DNA of 64,000 nucleotides from Eledone cirrhosa (taxonomy: Eukaryota). The stretch spans positions 86,304,001 to 86,368,000 of the forward strand of contig OZ024745.1 of NCBI GenBank assembly GCA_964016885.1, given 5' to 3'. The notes beneath the pieces are model-generated. The model had not been told where the DNA came from. It did not search any database and was given only the letters and a program-made list of their open reading frames with translations. Position numbers and translations under genes: made by a program. Numbering within the stretch: the stretch's first letter is position 1; each line of letters opens with the position of its first letter. Positions 1-13,296 of this stretch are shown here, one piece after another.

Positions 1-24
1 TTGACTGATATTGTACTAAACTGG

Positions 25-254
25 TTAACCCTTTAGCATTTAAACTAGCCATATCTGGCCAGAATTCTCTCACCTCTTTCTGCTCAAACAAGCCGTAACT
101 GGTTGCTCATACTGACGTTAAGGTATTGTTCTGAAAATGAATAATATCAAAATCTCATAGATTCAATATTATGTAAGATAATTATGTAAGATAAAGCCTT
201 AACCACAAAAAATACAATAATATATAGAGAGTAATGTAAATGCTAAAAGGTTAA
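25..254. mobile_element. piggyBac-type MITE family 1 (about 230 bp)
   Basis: TTAA at both ends with TIRs CCCTTTAGCATTTA...TAAATGCTAAA(A/G)GG. Further copies at about 6235-6432, 7180-7392, 15348-15574, 16728-16954, 39455-39683 and 39746-39853. Confidence 0.75.
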
Positions 255-639
255 ATTGTTTGTGTGGTGGGATGTGGTGGTGCTACTGGTAAAGGAATAT
301 AGACATTTCTATATTTTCTTTACATGGAGGGTTTGTAATAATTGCGGATCTTTCTAATGCCATTTTTTAAATTATGAAACAGCCATGAAATAAATGTACT
401 CTTAGGTATTCGTGTAGCAAGTTTTATACTATTCGTTCACTGATATCATCAGTTTAATACTGAAAAAGTATTTCAGTGAAAATACTTCATTCTTTCTCTG
501 CCAGAAATACTGTTTAGCACTGTAATTCCATAGTTACTCATGTAGAGTTTTATCCAATCTATTACGTGCATAACATCTCAAGGTTCTGTCGTAGAGATTT
601 ATTCTAGTAGACTAATACAAGCATAGAACAGCAGATGTA

Positions 640-870
640 AAATGATGAGGATGACCGCTGAGTAAAGAAGTGCCAAGAAATCCCAGTAGAAGGAAGACGC
701 AGTAGAGGAAGACCACGAAAAACATGGGTGAAGGTGGTGAGAGCAGACCTCAGATCGCTGAAGCTCATAGAGGAGATGACAAAGGACCGTGACAAGTGGA
801 GAGATGCTGTGCTGAATAAGACCTGTCCCACCCTTGCAAGCAAGGAAAAGCGGACATAAAATGATGATGA
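640..870 (+). mobile_element. RTE LINE 3' fragment
   Basis: Encodes KKCQEIPVEGRRSRGRPRKTW-like C-terminus and ends in an (atg)n tail. Confidence 0.75.
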
Positions 871-1293
871 GCTTCATTTTAATCTACAAAATAAAGGATT
901 TAAAAATAACCAAGGAAACTCCAAAGTACAGCTTAAAATGCAAAATTTATTCAGAGAAAAAGATTTCGACATAACTGTAATTCTAAAGTAAAACTTGAAA
1001 TACTTCAAGACTGAATTTCTTGAAAATATCTTTCCACTATCACCAGCACAAAAGAAATATTAGACTCTGACAAAAGAAGCTTTGATATTAATGAAATTGA
1101 AGAATTTTGAACAGTTAACTCTTGCCTACGTTTTTGAGATTAAAAAATGGTAGGACTTGAGGCAAATTTAGTTGCCAATTTATGTTGGGGCTCTTCCCTT
1201 ATAGTCTCATAATACAATTAGAGATGCTTTTGGAAGTACCAGAAAATGTACATGAGTAAATTCTAAGACATATATTATGATAAGTTAAATGAT

Positions 1294-1782
1294 TTAACCC
1301 TCATGTTACCATATTTCTAATGAAAGACACTCATTATTATCATCGTTTTTATGTTGGTTTTTCCACACTTGCATGGGTTGGACAACTCCTTCTCGGCACA
1401 GCATCTCTCCACTCGCCTTGTTTCTTCATCATCTCTTCTGTGAGTCTCACTGATTTGAGATCAGCACTCACCACCTCTGCCCAGGTCTTTCTTGGTTCAC
1501 CTCTATTGCGACTTCCTTCCACTGGCATTTCCTGGCACTTCTTCGCCCATTGGTCATCATCCATGCGCATCACATGTCTATGAGTTTTAAATAATTTTGA
1601 AAACAATCAAGAATTTAAGGGGATTTAGTAATATAACTAACGTTTTTGATTATTAAGCTGGTATTAGAAACAGAACTTAAAGGTTCTTACTTAAAACTAT
1701 GATACAATATAAACATTTTAAAACAAACAATTATATATCGTCGAACCAGATAGTTTGGGTGGTTTGGTATCAAAGAGGTTAA
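1294..1782. mobile_element. TTAA-flanked MITE family 2 containing a minus-strand RTE 3' fragment (about 1333-1582)
   Basis: ttaaccctcatgttacc...ggtatcaaagaggttaa. ORF 1349-1606(-) reads HVMRMDDDQWAKKC...RGEPRKTW. Related to the element at 25742-28392. Confidence 0.55.
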
Positions 1783-1849
1783 TAAAATATACCTCAGTTA
1801 GAATACAGAGTTTTATTCTTAGAGATACGTATATTTTATATACATATAT

Positions 1850-2183
1850 GGAGGCATATGGCTTAGTGGTTAGAGCATTGGCCTTGCAATCAAAAGATTG
1901 TGAGTTCAATTCTCAGACCGGGTGATGTGTTGTTTCCTTGAGCAAGATACTTTATTTCGCATTGCTCCAGTTTACTCAGCTGTAGAAATGAGATGATAGG
2001 GACTGGGGTCCATGTCATTCCCATGTATAGTGGTCGTGGAGGTGCCATGGCAAAAAAGCACCCAGCACTCACTGAAAACGAGGTTGGTGTTAGGAAGGGC
2101 ATCCAGCTGTTGAAATCAAGCCAGAATCAGTTCCCGTCCCACCCTTGCAAGCAGGGAAAAGCGGACGTATGATGATGATGATA
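1850..2183 (+). mobile_element. tRNA-derived SINE with RTE-derived 3' tail
   Basis: A box TGGCTTAGTGG, B box GTTCAATTC, central ccttgagcaagatacttt, tail matching the RTE 3' UTR and ending (atg)n. Closely similar copy at 47261-47537. Confidence 0.8.
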
Positions 2184-2207
2184 TGTATAAATAAATGTAT
2201 AAATATA

Positions 2208-5200
2208 ATCATCATCATCATCATCATCATCACCGTTTTACGTCCATTCTTCCACGCTAACATGGGTTAGACGGGTTGTCCTGTTGTGGGCAGTGTCTGG
2301 TCGGCTGACCATGCCTTGCTCATACAGGAACTGATTTGGCTTGATTTCTACAGCTGGATGCCCTTCCTAATACCAACCTCATTTACAGTGAGTGCTGGGT
2401 GCTTTTTCGTGGCGCCTACACGTCCACTTTACAGTGTGGGCTGGGTGCTTTTTTTGCCATGGCACCTCCACGACCACCTTGCGGTGGGGGCATATTGTCT
2501 ATATGCTTCAGCTTGTACCCATGGGAGGTCGGGTACTCTGTATTACTGCGTGACGCCAGAGGTCACGGTCATGTCATCGCCTTTGAGAGGTGTAATTGGG
2601 TAAGGTCGGCTTTTATCACCTCATCCCAGGTCATCTTGGGTCTCCCCACTCCGCGGTTTCCATCAACTTCTAGTGCTCTGCACCTTTTTATGCAGCTGTC
2701 ATCCTTCATACGCATCACATGTCCATACCAGCGCAACCGCCTATCCTGCACACATCATTTGATTCCTCTTATGCTCAGTCTCTCTCTCAATTCATTTATG
2801 CTTTGTCATTCACGTATATTACTGTTACACATCCATCGGAGCATGCAGGCTTCGTTTCTCTCTAATCTACGTAAGTCTTCCACCTTCAGCGCCCAGGTCT
2901 CACTACCATGCAACATTGCTGTTCGGATACACGCATCATACAGTCTGCCTTTCATTCTGAGGGAGAAGCCTTTTGCAGCTAGCAGTGGTAGTAGTTGCCT
3001 GAACTTCTTCCATCCCGTTCTTACCCTAGTTATTGTACTTTCTGAACACCCACCTCCGCTGCTAATTCGGTCACCTAGGTAGCAGAAGCTGTCTACTGTT
3101 TCTACAGAGCCCTCCCAGAGATTGGTGGTACTTGTTTCCTGTGGCTGTTTGCTGCTTGCTGTCTCAGCACAGCTGCTGCATGTAAAGCCTACATTCTTAA
3201 TTAAGCTTCCTGAGATCCCGCTACATCTCTTGTGTACCCATTGTTTGCATTTGGGGCAGAGAATGGAGTTCATACCTACACCTTTCCTACATACTGAGCA
3301 AGGCCATTTCCCTGAGGGGATCTGGGTTCTGTTTTCTCGTCTACTTACAAGGACCTTAGTCTTTGTCATGTTGACTTTGAGACCCTTTCTTTCTAGTCCC
3401 TGCTTCCAAGTTTGGAATTTATTCTCTAGTTCTACCATAGATTCAGCTATGAGTGCGAGGTCATCAGCATACAGGAGTTCCCATGGGCATCCGGTCTTAA
3501 ACTCTTCCGTTATTGCCTGCAGGACTATGATGAACAGGAGGGGGCTAAGAACAGAGCCCTGGTGGACCCCAACCTGTGCGCTAAATTCCTCGCTATACTC
3601 ATTGCTAATCCTAACTTTGATGACTGCTCCCCTATACATGGCTTGTACCGCTTTCACAAGCCATTCATCTACTCCTAGTTTTCTAAGAGCCCACCAGATT
3701 ACAGCACGTGGAACTCTGTCAAAGGCTTTCTCAAGGTCGACAAATGCCAAGTAGAGTGGCTTACTTTTAGCTAGGTACTTTTCCTGTAATTGCCTCTCAA
3801 GGAAGAGGGCATCAGTGGTGCCTCTTCCTGGTACAAACCCAAATTGCATCTCGTCTATTTTCACCCGGTCCCTAATCAACTGTGCTATAACTCTTTCTGT
3901 TACTTTCATGACCTGGTCCATCAACTTTATACCTCTATAGTTTCCTCTATCTAGTGCATCGCCTTTACCTTTGTAGCAGTTGACAATGATGCTACTGCAC
4001 CAATCTTTTGGTATGGCACCTTCTAGTATTACCTGGTTAACAATACGTGTGGTTATAGTGTGACCTACAGACCCAGATGCCTTCAGCATCTCGGCAGCTA
4101 TACCCGATGGACCGGTTGCCTTCCCCATCTTCATATCTTTGATTGCCTTACTTACTACGCTGCTGCTGACTTGTACTGCTGGTCCCTCTATAGGGTCTAC
4201 TTGGGGTAGAGTCTCTTCTTCCCATGCATTCTCCTCATTTAGTAATCTATCATAATGATTCTTCCATGCATCTTTCTTCTCAGCACTTGTGAGGGCAAGC
4301 TCACCTTTATCATTCCGGATACACTTCTCTCCAATGACATCACAACTATCACTGACACACTGCCTCGCAATCTTGAATACCTCCTGTTTCTGGTCCTCAC
4401 GTTGCAAAACATGCTTGAATTTTCTATCCTCTGCTTCCCTCCTAGCTAAGTATACTTGTCACCTAGCTTCCCTCTTGGTTTCTATGTAATGTACCCTGCT
4501 CCCCCCGTTCTTCCATTCTTTCCATGCCTGTTTCTTGGCCTTAACTGCTTCATCTACCTTATTGTTCCACCACCAAGTCACTCTCCTCCTGCTTGAGGTC
4601 TTACTCCAGCCACAGACCTCATCCGTCGCCTCTAATAAACTATTTTTTAGGGACTCCCAGTTCTCTTCTACATTAAATGTCTCTATCTGTTCTTCTTTAC
4701 TGTCGTAGGCGTTGAGTAAAATATCTTTAAATCTGTTACTGGTTGAGGGGACTTTCAGCTTCCAGATCTTTCTTCTCCAGGTTGGCCTCTGTTTCCGGGT
4801 TCGTCTAGTTCTGACCGTGAGGTCGCTGACAACTAAGCTATATTGGGATGTACATTCCTCACTAGGGAAGGCTTTTGTGTTTACGACCGTCCATCTGTCA
4901 CGTCCTCTGATGAGGATAAAATCTGACTAGAGTGCTCCCCTGATCTATAGGTGATCAGGTGGTTGTCGGGTTTTTTAAAGTTTGTGTTACATATCGACAT
5001 GTCATTGGCGTCGCAGAATTCTAGAAGTCTGAATCTTTCCTCATTCCTTGTGCCAACCCCATGGCCTCCATGTACTCTATTGAAGCCGTCGCAGTGTTTA
5101 CCTATGCGTCCGTTAAAATCTCCTGCGATGATTAGGAAGTCATTGTCGTCTGTTAGAGCAGTAGTGTGCATTAGGGACTCGTAAAACCTATCCTTAAGTT

Positions 5201-5580
5201 CGTCTGGCAGCCCCGATTGGGGTGCGTAAGCTGATATTATTGTGGTAATTGTTTTATTCAGGACTAGTCTGAGTTTAATGATTCTTGCATTTACCCTGTA
5301 CACTGAGATTACTTTATCTACCCACTTGTCAGCTAGTAGTATACCTACACCACCCATCCCCTCGTCATTTCCCACCCAGAAAAATTTGTAGCACCGACTT
5401 TTTCCTACCAGGACTCTGGCAGACTCTCCTCTCCATCTAGTCTCTTGCACACAGCATACATCAATTTCCTTTCGCTCTAGCATTTCTACGATTTCTCCTG
5501 CTCTTCCTTTCATTGAGCCTACATTGATGGTAGCAACTCGGAGTTTTGGGCATTGGTCGACACTCGTAGGTTTCTTATAT
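2208..5580 (-). mobile_element. Near full-length, disrupted RTE-clade LINE (APE + RT with PHD insert), subfamily A
   Basis: ORF 4881-5612 has APE motifs (CVQETRW, SAYAPQ, AGDFNG). ORF 2806-4407 has RT motifs (QFGF, DLEKAFDRV, GVHQGSVLSP, YADD). Frameshift near 4920, premature stop at 2806, (cat)n tail at 2208. Confidence 0.93.
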
Positions 5581-5775
5581 AGGCCAGCAATTTGGGGGCA
5601 GGGGAATGTCAATTAAATTGACCTCAGTGCATGACTGGTACTTTATTTTATCGACCCCGTAAGGATGAAAGGAAAAGTTAACCTTGGCGGGATTTGAACT
5701 CAGAACATAAAGGAACGTAACTATGCTGGAAAGCATGGCATCCGACTCTCTACCGATACTGCCAATACCCCGCGT
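5581..5775 (-). mobile_element. SINE family with GCCTTTCATCC-GGGGTCGATAAA-GTACCAG core (Nin/Deu-like domain)
   Basis: B box GTTCAAATCC plus a shared core. Other copies at about 10530-10700(-), 11553-11730(+), 18543-18772(+, partial tandem), 25190-25375(+) and 36420-36597(+). Confidence 0.75.
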
Positions 5776-6046
5776 GGAAGATAGACATTAAACGATGATG
5801 ATGATGATGATATTGTATATATCTAGCCTAATTTTATAGTCCATGAATGAATTAACATAAATCTGTGTGTTCAATGACTGCATATGAAATTGTTGCCCCA
5901 CTGAACAGATTAACATCATTTTAGCTGTTATCTTTAAACACATATATTCATAAGTGTTGAGGACAAATTCAACTTTCCTTACAGCCAACCAATCTAATTG
6001 CTAGACCCTCTTACTGTTACTGAACATGTTTAAACTGTATTTTCAG

Positions 6047-6126
6047 GAGAATCACCCAGTAATGGTCAGCCTGCTGAATTGGCCATTGATATGCCTCCTG
6101 AAGAAGCACTACCAGGAGGAAAAAAG
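6047..6126 (+). CDS. MYOF: Ferlin (myoferlin/dysferlin-type) exon, linker upstream of C2E
   Basis: tttcag|GA...AAG|gtagaa. Reads ESPSNGQPAELAIDMPPEEALPGGKK; LAIDM resembles myoferlin IVIEM. Ends in phase 0, compatible with the 23518 exon. Confidence 0.7.
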
Positions 6127-7464
6127 GTAGAACATCAAGCTGTTTATTTTCCACCTCTTTTTATTCTTCAATACAAGCCAACTTTGGTATATTTGATATA
6201 TATACTATGCTTTTCACTAACACTTGCAATCATCTTAACCCTTTAGCATTACTCTATATTTACTATTGTATTTTCATGGTAAAGGCTTTCTCACATAATA
6301 TTGAATATATGAGATTTTGATATTATTTATGTTGAGAACAATACCTTAACGTTGGTATGAATGGCTGGTTTGAACAGAAAGAGGGGAGATAGTTATGGCC
6401 AAATATGGCCGGTTTAAGTGCTAAAGGGTTAAGGAATAACTTAATTTAAAAGACTAAACTTATGTTTGACTTTTTAATTAAGTTACACACTATTTCTTGC
6501 TTTGTATATCTCATCTAATCGTCACTCAGATACTATTTCAAACTGTACCTACTACTAGTTAACAAAGATACATAGAATATTGATTTAAAAATATGAAATG
6601 TACTTCCAAATATCTTTAGAAAACATATTTCAGAAAGACTAAAGTTTTGTTCAGTAATTCTGAGATAACATACTTAAAGAATTTTGTGTGGATTAACACT
6701 ACTCTGAAACCCCTCTACGATTTAATTCTTAACATCATGTACTGCATGAGACCATATTAACAAGACATTCTTGAAAAGCCCCAAAAATAACACTATGATT
6801 ACACCAATTTAAAAAAAAAATTAAATCTTTAGTTTACTGAAAATGTTTACAAAAATCTGTCTACTGGGAGATATACTATAAACATTGGAATTAACAAAGC
6901 TATTTTTTAGATATTTTTCTACTAGGGGCCAAAACACTCACTTGAGTGGAGTTTCTTCCCTGAAGACCTTCTGCTGTCCAATTCTCCTGAGTGTTTCTTA
7001 CCATTAATAGGATGTTAAAATTTAACTGGCAGTGCAGTAGCTGCACACTGTTATAAAATTCTGTAAAGTAGTTTCAGCTAGATCCTGTCAACAAAATAAC
7101 CACAATGTAGTTTTCTACATAAATATTTAAGTCCATATTAAGTTTTACAAAACTATAGTGTAGTTTTCTACATCACTATTTAACCCTTTAACATTTAAAT
7201 TACACTGTATTTACTTTTGTATTTTCACAGTAGAGGCTTTATCTCACATGATATCGAATCTATGTGATTTTGATATTTATTTTGAAAACAATACCTTAAT
7301 GTTGGTATGAGTGGCTGGTCACAGCCAGTTAGAACAGAAAGAGGTGAGAGAATTCTAGCTGTATACAGCTGGTTTAAATACTAAATGGTTAAGTCCATAT
7401 TAAGTTTTACAACACTATAGTGTAGTTTTCTATATCAATATTTAAATCCATATTAAGTTTTACA

Positions 7465-9050
7465 AAAGCATTTGACAGAGTCCCCCGCGCCATTATCTGG
7501 TGGGCCCTTAGAAAACTAGCGGTTGATGAGTGGCTTGTGAGAGCTATACAAGCCATGTATAAAGAAACAGTCAGCAAGGTTAGGATTAACAACGAATATA
7601 GTGAAGAATTTAGCGTAAAAGTTGTTCATCAGGGCTCTGTCCTTAGCCCCTTCCTATTTATTATTACCCTTCAGGCTATAACACAGGAGTTCAAAACCGG
7701 CTGCCCATGGGAACTTCTCTATGCAGATGATCTAACACTCATAGCTGAATCGATGGCTGAACTAGAGAAGAAATTCCAAACATGAAAGCATGGCCTAGAA
7801 TCAAAAGGCTTTAAAGTTAACTTGTCTAAGACTAAACTTCTAATATGTAGGAAGGAAAATGGGGCACAGGTCCCCTCTGGGAAATGGCCATGCTCAGTGT
7901 GTAGGAAAGGAGTAGGCAGAAATTCCATTTTATGTCCCAAATGCAAAGTATGGGTGCATAAAAGATGTAGTGGGATCACAGGTAAGCTAAGAACATAGAT
8001 TTTATATGTGACCAGTGCTCAGGTGCAATAAGTAGCAAGCGCCCACAGGATACTAGCTCCTTCTATTGCCCAGATGGCTCTATAGAAATAGTGGACACCT
8101 TCCGTTACCTGGGTGACAAAATCAGCAGTGGTGGAAGGTGCTCTGAAAGTACAGTAGCCAGAGTCAGAACGGGATGGAAAAAGTTCAGAGAGCTTATACC
8201 ACTATTGGCCGCTAAAGGTTTCTCTCTATATATGAAAGGCAGACTGTATGATGCCTGCATACGAACAGCTATGTTACATGGCAGTGAGACCTGGGCATTG
8301 TGTGCAGAGGATCTGCGCAGACTGGAGAGGAACGAAGCATGCATGCTCCACTGGATATGTAATAGCAACATACATGAACAGCAAAGCATAAAGGAACTAA
8401 GTGAGAAATTAGGTATAAGAGGGATCAGATGCTGTTTACTTGAGAGAAGACTATGTTGGTATGGTCACGTGATGCGCATGAAAGACGACAGCTGTATAAA
8501 AAAGTGCAAAATTGACGGAAGTTACGGAGTAGGCAGACCCAGAAAAACCCGAGATAATTTGATAAATTCCGACTTTACACACTTACACCTCTCTAAGACA
8601 ATGTCGCTGGACCGAGATCTTTGGCGCTACGCAGTAATAGAGAAAACCCACCTTGCCTAAGTACAAAGCGAATCCTACAGTCAGTAGGCACCTCTTAATC
8701 AAATATACACCCCCCTTCCACTACCCCCAATTCCCCCACCCCCATCAGCACCACTCCTTTTTCTGTGAAGTTATGTTGGTACCACAACATCCAGTCCTAA
8801 ATAAATGAGGTCGTGTAGTTGACACGACAAAAAAAACAGTCCACGCTGTAATGTGGCCGTGTAAGTAACACGGTAAAAACCTCCCAGTCCATACTGTAAA
8901 CGTGGTTGATGATAGGAAGGGCATCCAACCGTAGAAAACCTGCCAGACAGTCCCATACGAGCGAGATAACCAATCTTGGCTCAAGTGGGACAATTCCCGT
9001 CTAAACCCATGCTAGCGTGGAAGATAGATGTTAAACGATGATGATGATGA
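7465..9050 (+). mobile_element. 5'-truncated RTE LINE, subfamily B
   Basis: ORFs 7537-7785 (YADD) and 8091-8660, with a stop and a frameshift between them. PHD remnant from 7891. (gat)n tail. Confidence 0.9.
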
Positions 9051-9376
9051 AAACCATAATGTAGTTTTCTACATAACAATCATCTCCGAAAAGAATATTT
9101 CATAACATTCTGATAACTTTTCCATATTTTATTTACTTGCATGGAATTCCTTTTCTTTACACAAGCTCAACTAAACACAGCTTTTCTACCTAAAAAAAAA
9201 CCAACTAAACATTACTCTGATACTTGAATATTAAAACTCATATGATCACCAACATTAAATTGTTGGTGATCATATGTTGTTGTTTTTATTTTTTTGCCTA
9301 AATGTTTTTGCTTCTTTTTGTATAATATTATTTGCTTTTTGCTACTATATGTTTTATTTATGTATTTCCTGGACAG

Positions 9377-9451
9377 TCCAGAATGAGCAAGTTCGAAAAA
9401 ATTTTTGTCCAAGCAAAATCTGCCTTTCCCCACATCACACTAAAGAATCGG
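9377..9451 (+). CDS. Candidate ferlin cassette exon (25 aa, phase 0-0)
   Basis: T-rich tract then ggacag|TCC...CGG|gtaaaa. 75 nt, open: SRMSKFEKIFVQAKSAFPHITLKNR. No homology recognised. Confidence 0.45.
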
Positions 9452-9699
9452 GTAAAAGAAAATTTAATGGAAATAGAAAGATATCTAAATTCTTTTTCTA
9501 TCTTTCTTGTTCATTGTTTGAGTTATTCCACTCTTGGTTTGGATTTAGGTTCTTATTTTACAGAAATCAGACATGTATATAAAATAATTTCAGCAATTTA
9601 TGATAAACATTACCTTCTAATATTCTAATATGAAATTTCTAGTTTTTATTTGTTATTTTTCTCTCAATATCTAATGAAACCTTACATACAAGCTAGTGG

Positions 9700-10300
9700 T
9701 TATACCTAGATATTCAAGTATCTCGGGGGCTGGTTTCATTAGTTATGGGTGGCAGGTGGCTGAATTAAGTGCAAGAATTGTAGGAGCTGGTGCAGTAATG
9801 CACCAGCTTCAGCATTCTGTAATCAGAAAAGAGGTAGGCATAAAGTCAAAACTTGCTATCTTCAATTCAGTATACGTGCCAACCCTTACTTATGGTCATG
9901 AATCTTGGGTGATGACTGAAAGAATACAATTACAAATACAAGCAACGAAAATAGGATTACTCTGATGGGTTTTTGGAGTAATGTTACTCAATAGTGTGTA
10001 GCTCAGAGACCAGAGAGTCACTCCAAGTAGAGCTGCTACTTTTCTAAATTTTGAGATCAGAGCCCGATACTACAGACATATGGTTAGAATGTCTCTGGAA
10101 GAATTGCTGGACAGATTTTATGGGCAAAACCTACCGGTAGGAGACCCAGGGGTAGACCCTGAGCAAGATGGTTGGATAACATACATGTACTTGGCTGGTC
10201 TTGCTTGGGAATCCAGCCAGATCAGTTGGAGGGGGTTACTTCTGACAGGGCCCATTGCAAGGAGTGTTTGAAGACCCTCTCAGGAATAAGTCGACAAAGA
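9700..10300 (+). mobile_element. Old RTE-like LINE 3' fragment of a different family
   Basis: YVPTLTYGHESWVMTER motif. Related pieces at about 15880-16290 and 30635-30880. Confidence 0.7.
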
Positions 10301-11749
10301 GGAAGATGCCTAGAGAGATTTTTACTCTGATTGTTCTAAACTGCTTAATGAAAAACAAGTACAATTCATGGTAGAAAAGTTATCAGTCGAGAGAGAGCAT
10401 CAAGTCATAGTAATAAAGCATTTAGCATGAGGCTACAGAAAACGTGTAGCCGATAGCACATGTTGCTCTTGCTATTCAAATCATTTGGTACTGAGTTTCC
10501 TTTATAGTTGAGTATTATAAAGGGATATTCAGCAGCAATTTGGCGGGTGGGGGGAGTTGATTAAATCAAACCCAGTACTAATCTGCTACTTTATTTTATC
10601 AATACCATAAGGATGAAAGGCAAAGCTAACCTCAGCAGGATTTGAACTCAGAACGTAAAGGGCCGTAACTCTATGCCACGACGCAAAGTATCCGATGCTC
10701 TAAGAGACAAACAACTAATGGTTTTCGTATTTTGTTCTGCATCAGTTTACACTAGAGAAACATATTTTAACTGCTATCATGTAAAGTTTCATCTGAGAAA
10801 AACAAAATTCATGACAAAAAATTATTAGATAGTAAATTAACTTTTAAATCTTTTTTCCATGATTATTTATAGAAATAGAAACAATAATTTGTTTAGAAAT
10901 AAAGAATTTAGTCACATTTAGCATGTAATACTGTTGGTATTTGGATTTTCCTCTTCAATCTTATTTCCCTTTTTTAATTTTTTTTCTTTTTAATTCAAAA
11001 TTCTTTTTTCTTACTATTTGTGGCTAAATTTTACTATTTCAAGGATTAAAAATTGCAATAACAATCCAAGATATACCAATATGCAACTGGCAATAAATAG
11101 GCTACATTGAGTATTGTGCCAGCATTTCCAAGTGATAGTCTTCAATTAATGCTAAGACACTTGACTTTTTTTACAAAACTCCAGTATTATTTTAGAATTT
11201 TATAACCAGATTTTCAAAAACACAGTCTGATTTCTTGTAAAAATCTATCTATTGTAACATTTCTTATTGTTTGTGAGAACTATTTTTGTATGTGTTTTGT
11301 ATAAAAGTAAATATTTTTGTCATGTTCTGTCCTTGCATCATGGCAATGCCATTAAGTTTGTCAACATTCTGTTTATTTCTCTTATTTTATTTCTAGTTGT
11401 TGTCACATCTTCTGTCAACTGATGTACACTTCTTACCATTTTTCTTTTTTATATTTCATTTCTAAACTTTTCTTATATTTCATTTCTAAACTTTTCTTAA
11501 TTACTTATTTTGCATTTCAGTTTCTTTCTCTTGTTTTGTTGTTTTTTGTATAGTATCGGTAGAGGGTTGGACGCCATGCTTTGACGCATTGAGTTACAGC
11601 CCTTGCCATTCTGAGTTCAAATCCCGCTGAGGTTAACTTTGCCTTTCATCCTTACGGGGTCAATAAAAATAAAGTACCAGTAATACACTGGGTAATTGCT
11701 GGCCTTGTGCCAAAAAGTAGAAACAATTATTTAAATAATACTTTTTATG

Positions 11750-11905
11750 TAGATGTGACTGAATGCAATAGTACTTTATATATATATGGATGTGATTTAA
11801 AGCATTAGTACTTTATATATGGATGTGATTTAGTACAATAGTACTTTATATATGTATGTGACTTGAAGCAATAATACTTTATATGTGGATGTGACTTAGT
11901 ACAAT
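11750..11905. repeat. About 33-bp minisatellite, about 5 copies
   Basis: Unit atgtgacttgaagcaatagtactttatatatgg. The same unit appears at about 39685-39745. Confidence 0.75.
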
Positions 11906-12244
11906 AGCTGAATTTTTGCAATGATTTGTGTGATCTCTGAAAATGAGAATCAGTATATTTGTATTTTACAGCATAGTTTAAGATCAACTTATGAACCTAA
12001 TATGAAACTTAAACTCAAACATTTACCAGTTTTAAAATAAATGTAGAAAATATGGTATCATCGTATAAACACATTGCCAACAAATTTCAACTTGAGCTTT
12101 TGAGTTATGAAGACAAACCTGAACAATTCCTTAAACACAATAAAGCATTGACTTATGTAAAACATTCATCAAAACTGATGTAATTGATGAGCTTTACAAA
12201 TTCATCTGCCTACCTGATTAAACATTGCCTATATTAGTATAGTG

Positions 12245-12400
12245 TGGAGGTATGTGGCCTATCAGTAAGGGCATTGGACTTACGATCATAATGTTGTGGG
12301 TTTGATTCCTTGGCTGGGTTGCGTGTTGTGCTCTTGAGCAAAGCACTTCATTTTACATTGCTCCAGCATACTCAACTGAAAATGAGTACCAGCAATAGTT
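12245..12400 (+). mobile_element. tRNA-derived SINE
   Basis: Degenerate A and B boxes plus cttgagcaaagcacttcatttt core. Related copies at about 24050-24325(-) and 44240-44480(+). Confidence 0.7.
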
Positions 12401-13008
12401 GAGGGTTTAACATTCTATGAATGAAGAAACATACGAGTTTTAAGAAAGAGTATTTGTTACCCTGATTAGCAGCTACATAGAATGATGTTCTGAATATATT
12501 CATTGAAAGTTTGTTTGGAATAGCTAACTGTTGTAACTAGGATGTTTGTGTATTTATGTGTTCCCATTTATTACCAATAAGTTTGATTCCATAGATGTAG
12601 TTGAAGATCTTTTATATTTCCTTTGTCATTCAGGTACAACTCCATCTTGAATATTTGGGTTTTTTTCTAATACTACACCAGATATATTTTCTGCTGAACT
12701 GTTAGGAGCATTTCTTCTTTTATTGGCATTTATTAAAAACCACAAATTTCTCATCTTCCATCTGTTTAACTTTTGGTCATATAGTCAGTGATAAGTCAAC
12801 ATTCGTTTTACATTAGTTCACAATTGCATAAAAACGTTATTTACAACAAGAAATATGCACAAGTCTAACTAAAGCATGGTTCCTTAAGATAAAATTTCTT
12901 CTATCTTGTTTCCAAAGGCATTTTTCATTCTTGCAGTAATAGTAAATTTTCACCATGACAAAATTTAAATAGAATACTGACTAAAACAAAATCATTTTTG
13001 TTACCCAG

Positions 13009-13092
13009 ATGGCACCTGAAGTGATTTTTAGACAATTTCCTAGAGCTTCAACTCTAGGAATTGTGAACCCTTTGCCTGATATACAAGAAGCT
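13009..13092 (+). CDS. Candidate ferlin cassette exon (28 aa, phase 0-0)
   Basis: Branch-like ctgac upstream, tttttgttacccag|ATG...GCT|gtaagt (consensus donor). 84 nt, open: MAPEVIFRQFPRASTLGIVNPLPDIQEA. Confidence 0.6.
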
Positions 13093-13296
13093 GTAAGTCA
13101 GCATGCTTTTAAAGAGGGGAACCTTATATTTGGATTCAAATATTGAATGTTTATTTTTAAGTATGAAAAAAAAAAATTAAATATATTAAACCATTTTGTA
13201 ATTTAAAATAAAATGCTTTTGTGTTGGCATTTGGGTTAAAATATTTTCCTTTTGAAAATTCCACTTTACATTTGAATGTTGTTCTTTTTTTTAAAG

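Noticed and set aside
1850-1925. tRNA gene
   Set aside because: A and B boxes are present but there is no full cloverleaf, and the sequence continues into a SINE body.
2399-3754. Plus-strand ORFs of 227 and 210 aa, and similar ORFs opposite other RTE copies
   Set aside because: They are antisense shadows of the RTE coding sequence.
5581-5612. ORF start at 5612 as the true RTE start
   Set aside because: The first codons derive from the adjoining SINE, so the LINE 5' end is truncated or displaced.
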